Positions 50,994-59,152 of a stretch of DNA of 64,000 bases are shown in pieces (within the stretch, counting starts at the first letter, position 1; each line of letters begins with the position of its first letter). This DNA comes from Magallana gigas (Eukaryota). The notes beneath the pieces were generated by a model. It was not told the origin of the DNA, made no database searches, and saw nothing but the letters and a program-made list of their open reading frames with translations. The stretch lies in contig NC_088853.1 in the NCBI RefSeq assembly GCF_963853765.1, forward strand, positions 53,258,001 to 53,322,000, written 5' to 3'. The position numbers and the translations under genes were made by a program.

Positions 50994-51119
50994 ATGGTGT
51001 ACCCCCAATCACCGCGGCGAAGAAGACGCCAGAGAGGACGTGGATTCTTTTTACCCATCGTTGCTTCACTCATTGCGAGTGCCGTAGGCTCTCAGCTTGG
51101 GAAAGGGAGAGGAAGATGA
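50994..51119 (+). CDS. 41-aa Arg-rich micro-ORF with amphipathic/hydrophobic helix (not in the supplied track)
   Basis: MVYPQSPRRRRRQRGRGFFLPIVASLIASAVGSQLGKGRGR; TATATAA ~45 nt upstream. Confidence 0.65.
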   Translation: MVYPQSPRRRRRQRGRGFFLPIVASLIASAVGSQLGKGRGR

Positions 51120-51203
51120 GGAGGAGGAGGAGGGGGAAAAAAGTCGAGACTTAGAAGAAAAAAGTATAAAAAAAGGAATCATTAAACAACTTCCTCAGTC
51201 GTC

Positions 51204-52064
51204 ATGGATTATCATCGCGGATTATTACGTCAACGAGGACACGGATTTTTGGGACCACTTTTAAAACTAGGACTGCCCCTAGTCGGGAGTGCCGTGACTC
51301 CCCTTCTCGGCGATTTGGCAGGGGGGTTGGTAAAAAAAATTAAACATCGTCAGAAAGGAAGTGGTTTTGTTACAAATGCTTGAAAAACGGCTGCTAAACA
51401 TGGTAATTTGGTCACCGGGAATGCCGCCATAGACAGCCTTAATAATAAAGGAACATTTATGCAAGGGCTTAGGCGGCACGGTACCCAAACACTTGGAAAC
51501 GTAGGGGTCCATGCCGTGGAACAACAACTGAGACGAAATCTACCCATCCTCCGTGCTCCTATCGTCGGATCTGTACTTAATAAGACACTGATGCCTGACG
51601 TCAGGAGAAAAGTGGGAACTGCTATCGATAATACCGTCAATAAGATCTTAGGACAAAGAGGTAAAGGTTTCGCCACTAAACTAATCAGAACGGGAGCTAA
51701 ACACTTGCCTCACTTAGTGCCGTGTTGCCTTGCAACACGGCACTAAGGCCCTCATGAAAAAGGGAGTTCAACAAGCCCCTCGCTTTTTACGTAAAGGTGC
51801 ACATGACTTAGTGAAAACGGGAACGCAACAGGCTTTACAGAGCGCTGCCCAGGCAGGCTTCGATGTCTTAAACCAAAAAGGATCTTTAAAACAAGTCGTA
51901 AAGTCTCGCGGTTTACAGGCCGTTTATAGGACCGGAAGGACTATGAAAAAGAAAAACTTACCCCCAAGCAAGGGATTGTTCTGGCCCGGGGAGGCCCCCA
52001 CAAAAGAAAAAGAACTAAGACACCCGCAGCTAAAAAATCTCGAACGGCAGATATCTTTGATTGA
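51204..52064 (+). pseudogene. Basic virion core/cement-type precursor with repeated Q-x-G-x-G-F motifs, disrupted
   Basis: QRGHGF, QKGSGF, QRGKGF; basic C-terminus ending KKSRTADIFD; one stop and two frameshifts. Confidence 0.7.
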
Positions 52065-52146
52065 ACCTATAAAAAGGCGGTCCCCAACCTTACCCTACAC
52101 ATTTTTACCCATTGTATCGTTAGTCACACATCAACCCCCCTTCTGG

Positions 52147-53554
52147 ATGATGCACCGAGAATCATGAGTGTGTGGGATGGACAGTTTAGAACTGTTTCAA
52201 GTCCCTGCCACGAACGTAGCTTTAGAAGAATCAAAATGGGTAGAATATTACCCTGTTTCCAGTACCCTGCAGTCTGATACGGCCCCTATTGAATTTGATA
52301 TTAAAGGACAGGGAGATGAATATCTCGATCTCTCACAAACCTATCTACAACTCTGTTGTAAATTCACCAAATCCGATGGTACTAATTTAACGGGAGCCTC
52401 GACTCCCGTCAATAATATCTTACATTCTCTGTTCACGGAAATCGACGTGAGTCTCAATGGAAAAGTCATTTCCCCCGGAACGGATACCTATCCGTACAAA
52501 GCCTACCTGGAGAAATTGCTCTCATACAAACCGAGAACTCTAACCAAGCAAATGAAGTCTGTGGGAGAAAGATACCGCTGAACACATGGAAGATCTTAAT
52601 TATGCTGCCGCTGAACTTACGACTAACACATTTGATGTTAGGGCAAAAGAGGATGATGAGGATGCCAAAGAAATTGAGATAGATGCAGCGGACCTGGTCT
52701 TGAGTTACCCTGCAGGATCCGGAAATGTAGGGTTAAGTAAACGTCACAAGGCCGTAGACGACAGTAAAAAAATTATTTTAATGGATCGACTCTATATTGA
52801 TTTGTTTCAACAAGATAAATTTCTACCTAACGGAGTAGACCTTCGCTTGAGATTCAATCGCGCGAAATCTGATTTCTACATGATGACGGCCGCCTTAAGC
52901 AGTGGAAAAGTAAAAATTGAGAATATGTTGTTGTTGGTGAGAAAAATCAAGCCTACTCCAACCGAGTTAAATGCCATCAATCAGCGCCTGAATGCTGAAA
53001 CAGCAAAATATCCCCTAAGACGGGTCGAAGTAAAAACATTCACTATCCCCACGGGCACTCAATCTAAAATTAGCGATCATCTCTTTCAAGGACAGATGCC
53101 GAAACGAGTGGTGTTGGGGTTTGTAGCCAATGCTGCCTTTAACGGAGATTCAACCAAAAACCCCTTTAATTTCAAAAACGCTAAAGTGAAAAAGTTAGAA
53201 ATCAGCATCAACGGCGAGAGTATGAGCACCAGACCATTTGAGCCCGATTTTGAGAACAATCTGTACCTGAGATCTTACTTGAGTCTGTATCAAGGGCTCG
53301 GAAAATTAGGGGAAGATTGGGCTCCGGACATTACCTTGGAAGAGTATAAAAAGGGATACATACTTTGGTGTGTTGATTTCACTAAAGACCAGGAAGCGCA
53401 GCTCGATAAGTTTCATCTGATCGAAACGGGGAACTTGAGAATCGAAGTTCAATTTGCAGAAAACACAGCCGAAACGCTTAACTGTTTAGTGTATGCCGAA
53501 TTTGACAATTTGTTGGAAATCAACAAACAGCGAGAAGTGAACATAGATTACTAA
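52147..53554 (+). pseudogene. Major capsid protein (double jelly-roll), disrupted
   Basis: [74 protein letters not shown]; stop at 52165 and frameshift ~52560. Confidence 0.93.
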
Positions 53555-53576
53555 AACGACAAAAAAAGACAAACTT

Positions 53577-54089
53577 ATGGATACAGGGCAGTTACGAGCC
53601 GTGTTATCACAATCCTTAGGCAGTTCTTTTGCGGGCGTCTATCCCAGAGATTTAATTCCCCATCAAAAAAGACCGTACGAGAAAGCGATCGTCGTGAATA
53701 CAGATCCTCACGATCGACCAGGAATGCATTGGGTGTGCCTTTATTTGAATACTCCCATCATTGAATACTTTGATTCATACGGATTACCCCCCTTACACCA
53801 TGAAATTAGAGATTTTATAGCTCGACATGCTCAACAATGGGACTACAATCGGAATCGTTATCAGGATTACTCTACGGACGTCTGTGGACAATATTGTGTG
53901 TATTATTTACAACAACGCCATCGAGGGAACATGAATGCTTTAGACTGGCTTTTTCCATTCCCAAAGACGTCGAGGTTATCCCCCCTTCAACGGGATCATT
54001 ATGTAGCTGAGTGGTTTAGAGAGACTTACCGTAAAGCTAAAAGAAATCAAGGACAAACTTGTCAATGTTTCTGGCAAAATATGTTTTAA
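53577..54089 (+). CDS. Adenain-like cysteine maturation protease, intact
   Basis: VNTD....GMHWV, YFDSYG, YQD....VCGQYC give the H-D-Q-C catalytic set. Confidence 0.95.
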   Translation: MDTGQLRAVLSQSLGSSFAGVYPRDLIPHQKRPYEKAIVVNTDPHDRPGMHWVCLYLNTPIIEYFDSYGLPPLHHEIRDFIARHAQQWDYNRNRYQDYSTDVCGQYCVYYLQQRHRGNMNALDWLFPFPKTSRLSPLQRDHYVAEWFRETYRKAKRNQGQTCQCFWQNMF

Positions 54090-54406
54090 TATTGTTGTTG
54101 ATGTTTCGTTGTGTTCATTCTAATTAAAAAAAAAATATATGTTTTTTCTGTAGCATTTAAGAAATATAATATATCTGATCTATGATTGGATATCTGATTT
54201 ATTATCATAAAATTGCATTGGATTTATTTTTAAAATGATATCACACTACTGTTTAAGGAGTTACTATTATTAAATCAAAAACGGTTTGATTACAAGGTAC
54301 GATGTCATAATGATATCATAATCTAATATTAGAAATTTAATATCTTATATAAATGAGCGCATCGCCAGTTTTATTTCATCCATCTTGTTCTGACATTTCA
54401 AACAAC

Positions 54407-55016
54407 ATGGAAATTATGGAAGTAGCCAACGGAGGGGAAATGTGTTCCATCTCTACGAACTTCTACGCCACCGCTTTTTGAGCCTTACATTAAAACCGAG
54501 GAAGAAGAAAAAACCATCCTAAGAAGCCTGAGACAGGAATATTTGGGTCTTGTAGAAAGTCTTATGGCAGCGGAGGATATAGTCTTCGAGAAATTGAACG
54601 CCAGTAAACCACCTAGCCGTATGGCGCTCTTTTTTTCAACACAAATAAATGCAATGGAACTAAAGGAAATGAAGACCGTGCGCTCTCTTCAGAAAGGGAT
54701 AGAAAAGCACCGCCAGTGGACCACCGATGATGTAGTGCGCAATGGAGAAGAGTACATTAAAGAAGTCTGCTTGATGAATGAGTGCGTTCAAAGAGATATA
54801 ATTGCTTCATTCGAACATAATGAGTGGAAAATCTATCTACCTCAGGAAAAAAATTCCGAGTCCTTTCATTTTCAAACCATACTACGTGAGTGCCTTAAGG
54901 ATGTAGCTACATGGTTGAGAGACTACCTGTTTATGAGCATGACAACTCTGAGGAATCTCAGCAGGAAAATTTATTTGGAGGCGCTTGTAATCCCTAAAGA
55001 AGAGCCTACCAATTAA
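54407..55016 (+). pseudogene. Hypothetical Maverick accessory ORF with 5' frameshift
   Basis: TATATAAA near 54347; ATG 54407 in one frame, long frame open 54426-55016 in another. Confidence 0.45.
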
Positions 55017-55550
55017 GGGCAAAATTCGGTACGGGGTGACATCATGTGACGTTTAATTGTGAATATTTAAACTGTTAATTGTTGTTAAAAAATTATAAGT
55101 GTATATATAATAGATTCTCACTTATGTATGCATTTGTGATTGTGTTATAGTTCAATAAATTTATCAAAAAATATGAAATCAATTTATTTTTTCTTTAAAA
55201 AAGTAATTGATATAAAAAGAATATGTGAATTGATATTTATATACCAAAAATCATATTACATGTGTAAAAAAAATGAAAACAAAATTGTGAACTGGTGTTT
55301 TAAAAATTTGAAGTAGCTAACATAGATGCTACATTTTTTCCTCCACTAGTGTATTGCTGATTCTTTGGTCACTTTGTGGAATATAATATGAGATCAATGA
55401 ACTTATTCTTCAATTGATCTCATATTGTACTCACAAAAATATCACAAATTTTTCTCTGGTATATTTTTGATCTGCTGTTGTGATATGGTCCCATTGTAGA
55501 ATATTATACATAATCATTGAACTTAATTTTTCAATTAATCACACATAATA

Positions 55551-55850
55551 TTAAACAAAGACATCACCAATTTCTTTTCTTTCATCCGTTGATATGTTGA
55601 TCCGCTGATGTGATATGGTCCCTTTCTGGATCATCATTTGGGTACTGTATTTATTCATAACAATGTCCACATGATGATCCACAAAGACATAATCAAAAAG
55701 ACGTCCCTGTGATACTGCTATGACTGGAACTGAAGAGCCGCTAAAAAACATTGAAACAAACAAACGAAGAATTTTAGTGTCTTCGTATGACATATCTACA
55801 GGTTGTCTGTTATTTTGTAAAAACAAGCAACCTATAGATACATCATACAA
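55551..55850 (-). CDS. Hypothetical ORF within a locally duplicated segment
   Basis: 99-aa ORF; 55780-55900 is imperfectly repeated at 55960-56070. Confidence 0.3.
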   Translation of the reverse strand: MYDVSIGCLFLQNNRQPVDMSYEDTKILRLFVSMFFSGSSVPVIAVSQGRLFDYVFVDHHVDIVMNKYSTQMMIQKGTISHQRINISTDERKEIGDVFV

Positions 55851-56162
55851 AGAAACATCAAGAGTCTCAGGGTTCGCTGAAAAAAAAAATAAGATAAAGT
55901 TGAAATAATTCTCTCTAAAAAAAAAAACAAAACATTAAACAATTGAAGAAATGTTGGTATCTTCCTATGACATATGTACAGACTATTTGTCATATCTTAA
56001 CAAGTAATCTATAAATATATCATACAAAATAACACCAAGAGTCTCAGGGTTCGCTGAAAAAAAAAAGTAAGATCAATGAAACAATGATTAAACAATGAAA
56101 TCGAATGAAAAACAAAAAACATTTAGACAAAACAAACAATTCGTTTCTCTGCTATAATAGAG

Positions 56163-56223
56163 GCATCTTTTCTAAAAATCTGGTGGCCCTTAAAAGGGCC
56201 GTGGGGGTTGGCTTTAAAAAGCC
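56163..56223 (-). terminator. Histone-type 3' end: imperfect stem-loop, canonical stem-loop and downstream element
   Basis: Minus strand reads GGCTT TTTA AAGCC (56210-56223), GGCCCT TTTA AGGGCC (56185-56200), ACCAG, then GAAAAGATGC (56163-56172). Confidence 0.9.
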
Positions 56224-56231
56224 CTACTGAT

Positions 56232-56624
56232 CTACTGATGTAGAATCCTCGGCAGCTGGCTAGTCGACATTCTAGCCGTTTGCCGCTGGCGGCTAGGTCG
56301 TGGCACGGGGAGGATGGCTGGCGATGGGGGTGGTGTCATATCCCTGAGAGGAACGGGGATAATTGCCGGCGGCCTGTAAGGGTGCTCCCTTCTCCTCCTC
56401 CTCCTCCTGAGGGGACTGGCCTGGGCAGGCGGTGACTGGGGGGCTGGAGGGTCTGCCGCTGCTTGGGGCTGCTGCTCTGCCGATGGCGGGGGCTGCTGCT
56501 GCTGGTGTGCCGCCCGCATTCCTCGGACGTCTAGTTGGGAGATCCGCCCGATCTCGATCTCCGCTATGGTCCGGTAGTGCACCTCCCCGTTACAGTCATT
56601 CCTTATGTGTTTAAACAAATCCAT
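56232..56624 (-). CDS. 130-aa Pro/Arg-rich protein with C-terminal histone H3 tail mimic carrying Met at the K9 position
   Basis: Intact ORF; SRQRQTARMSTSQLPR (56247-56294) aligns to H3 ARTKQTARKSTGGKAPR. Confidence 0.85.
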   Translation of the reverse strand: MDLFKHIRNDCNGEVHYRTIAEIEIGRISQLDVRGMRAAHQQQQPPPSAEQQPQAAADPPAPQSPPAQASPLRRRRRRREHPYRPPAIIPVPLRDMTPPPSPAILPVPRPSRQRQTARMSTSQLPRILHQ

Positions 56625-56717
56625 TGTGAATTAAAACATCCTTTAATCTGCAGTTACATCTTGACTCTACCCTTGTTTATTACCAGTAGATCCTACCCTG
56701 ATGAGTGGCCTACCCTG

Positions 56718-56863
56718 ATTGGACAAATCAAAATACAGAATGTTCTAGAACGCATACTAATTAGTTTAAGGTGGTAAAATATAGCTGGCTTTTCTAGAAA
56801 GTTCTAGAAATCGATGACAGTAATGTACGGATTCTTATGAAGTCATAGTTTTTTATGACGTCA
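56718..56863 (-). promoter_or_regulatory. Stress-type promoter: CCAAT box, two perfect heat-shock elements and a CRE/ATF site
   Basis: ATTGG 56718-56722; GAA-TG-TTC-TA-GAA 56738-56750; TTC-TA-GAA-AG-TTC-TA-GAA 56792-56809; TGACGTCA 56856-56863. Confidence 0.75.
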
Positions 56864-57090
56864 CTTTGAACTCCCTGATGTTTAATAACTCAGTTTTTTA
56901 ACTACACACTAAAATACATGATATTATACCTGACTTTAATAAAAAAAAAAATCGGGAAAAGCAGAACATTTTGTTAATAGCAAATACATTTTTAATTTGA
57001 ATTAGAATTTGCACACTATAAACAACATAATATTTTGTTATGTTTAATAATTTTAATCGATGAATACAGTGAAATACACACATACGAAAT

Positions 57091-57339
57091 TCAAGTTCTC
57101 TGTTGTTTGATATAGGTCCATAACAATTTTCTCAATTTACACATAGTTCTTACACGGTCTACGGCCACGAACATCCACGGACTCCTCCGGTCTTCGGGAG
57201 GTAAAACATATATTTGATCCTGTGCAGTATCAAAAGTCACTCGTTTTCCTTTAGATTTTTGAGACTTAATAACTTCATCCAACCGAATTGAATGGTTGTA
57301 ATACGAATCGCTTCTATCTGTTGATGAAGTCGATGACAT
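57091..57339 (-). CDS. ICP34.5/DP71L/GADD34-like PP1-recruiting protein
   Basis: KRVTF (RVxF) followed by EDRRSPWMFVAVDRVR, matching the R.GPW...A.DR.RF motif of this family; first ATG at 57339. Confidence 0.75.
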   Translation of the reverse strand: MSSTSSTDRSDSYYNHSIRLDEVIKSQKSKGKRVTFDTAQDQIYVLPPEDRRSPWMFVAVDRVRTMCKLRKLLWTYIKQQRT

Positions 57340-57534
57340 TTTATCCACTTTTTACTTCTGTCGGGGGATAAGATAAACTCCAGGATATCTTGATGATATT
57401 CTGTAGAAGAAACGCCAGTCAGTTTAGGTAAAACTGCTTTTTAACTGCATCGGCGATGTAAGCAATTATCTAAGCAAAGTGAGCAATTAACTTGGGTTTT
57501 TTTTTTTTTTGCAAAGTAACTACTCTATTAACAA

Positions 57535-57614
57535 TTTTTAACTCACCTCAGCTGAAGGCTGAAGTGAGCTTTTCTGATCAAAATTTGTCTTGTCGTCGTT
57601 GTAAGCTTTTCACA

Positions 57615-57647
<33 letters not shown>

Positions 57648-58610
57648 AAAGTTTGTGGTTTCAAATATGTTCAAATGAAGGGCCATGCCCTTTTTCAGGG
57701 GAACATAATTAAGAATAATTAAGAATATGTTGGCATTTTTAAAAAATCTTCTCAGAAGTCACTCGGCCAGAAAAACTAAAACTTGTGTGGAAGCATCCTC
57801 AGATAGTGTACATTGAAGTTTGTTCAAATCATGGTCCCCGGGGGTATGGTTGGACTACAATTGGGGGTCGAATTCTTGCATAGGAATATATAGAGAAACA
57901 TTATAAAAATCTTCTTCTCAAAAATCAATTGGCCTGAAAAGCTGTGACATAGGAATATATCATATCAGGATATTGAATCATCCTCAGGAAGTGTAGATTC
58001 AAGTTTGTTGAAATCAGGATCCACAGGGGTACATGTAGGATGGGGCCACAATGAGGTGGGGGGAGTCAAATTATATAGAGAAAATTCTTTTTAAAATCTT
58101 CTTCTCAAAAACCAATAAGTCAGAAATTCTGTTACTTGTGTAAAAGCATACTGAGGTAGTGTAGATGCAAGTTTGACCAAATCATGATCCCCAGGAGTAG
58201 GAATGGGCCACAATTTAGGGGTTATCAAATTTTTAAATAGTAATATATAGGGAAAATTTAAATCTGTAGGAAATCGATCTTCAACTCAAAAACCAATGGG
58301 CCAGAAAAGCTGTAACTTGTGTAGTTAGGTAGGTTACATTCAAGTTTGTTCAAATCATGATTTGGGGGGGGGGGGGTTGAATTATTCCATAGGAATTCTT
58401 TCAAAGTCTTCTTCTAAAAAACTGAAACAAAAGGAATTTCGTGTTTATAATGAATAGAATATGAGTGTGCAGAACATTTTAAAGATCTTTTTAAAGAATA
58501 TATACTTTAATTACTATATATTAAAAATATTTTTTTTCTGGTACCATGAAGGTGATTTGTTCAGAGTGGTGGTTGCTCAGCTGAGCGATGTGGCCCCTGG
58601 GCCTCTGGCT
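57535..58610 (+). repeat. Helentron/HINE-type repeat with ~165-185 bp internal monomers
   Basis: 5' CTCACCTCAGCTGAAGGCTGAAGTGAG; recurring AATCTTCT...GCCAGAAAA...AAGTTTG..CAAATCATG; 3' GCGATGTGGCCCCTGGGCCTC hairpin. Confidence 0.7.
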
Positions 58611-58772
58611 TTAATAATTATCTGTCTTGCTAAAGAATGTATTTTGTACAACTATGTGTGTTTCATTCTGCTTGTAACATGGATCACAGCATAACTGCAT
58701 GATGCTGCATGTGGAAGTCAATATATGTTATACATACTTGATTTTCATCAACAAGTTTGCCATGTACCTTAA

Positions 58773-59088
58773 GGTGGTATGGGACACTTCCATGTTGTGA
58801 CGTATTGTTCATCGAAATAAACAATAAAATAAAGTGAAATTATGCAAGTATTTTCTTTCCCAAAATGGTCACCTAACTCCGTAGCGCAGTGGGTTAGAGG
58901 GTTTACTACAAACTGTAAATCATGAGTTCGAATCCTGGTTTGGGTTTTACAATTTCTACCTTTTCAAATATTTTTAAAAGCTATTTTATGGTTAAATATT
59001 GTAAAATTTGAAAATTCTAAACCCGTGAAATTTTTCAATTGCATAGTACTTTAATCAACATTAATATCGACAGATGTCTCATACCACC
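58773..59088. mobile_element. Kolobok-like MITE (TTAA target, GG termini) containing a tRNA-like segment
   Basis: TTAA|GGTGGTATGGGACAC ... GATGTCTCATACCACC|TTAA; A box TAGCGCAGTGG 58882-58892 and B box GTTCGAATCC 58926-58935. Confidence 0.7.
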
Positions 59089-59152
59089 TTAAATTACTTT
59101 TGATTAGCAAATGAATCGTGCATATTTTAATTGGACAATCTTTTTCATGCAG

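Larger units (their letters stand above)
39667..57500 (+). mobile_element. Endogenous Maverick/Polinton (adintovirus-like) element, copy B; right TIR not found
   Basis: AGTAGT terminus; intronless cluster of pPolB, ATPase, integrase, penton, MCP and cysteine protease; right boundary approximate (Helentron starts ~57535). Confidence 0.92.

Noticed and set aside
56505-56530. VRGMRAA as an EZHIP-like K27M mimic
   Set aside because: Resemblance to VRMRAS is short, gapped and low complexity; not supportable without homolog conservation
56545-56580. HYRTIAEIEIGR as an H3 alphaN helix remnant (YRPGTVALREIRR)
   Set aside because: Needs gaps and has few identities; could be chance
57519-57530. ACTACT as the right terminus of Maverick copy B
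   Set aside because: Not preceded by the expected GGCGGCTTAT inverse of the left end, and followed by CTATTA rather than the left flank GTTAAA; no right TIR or TSD can be claimed
58877-58945. Functional tRNA gene
   Set aside because: Acceptor and anticodon stems do not pair convincingly, and it lies inside a MITE
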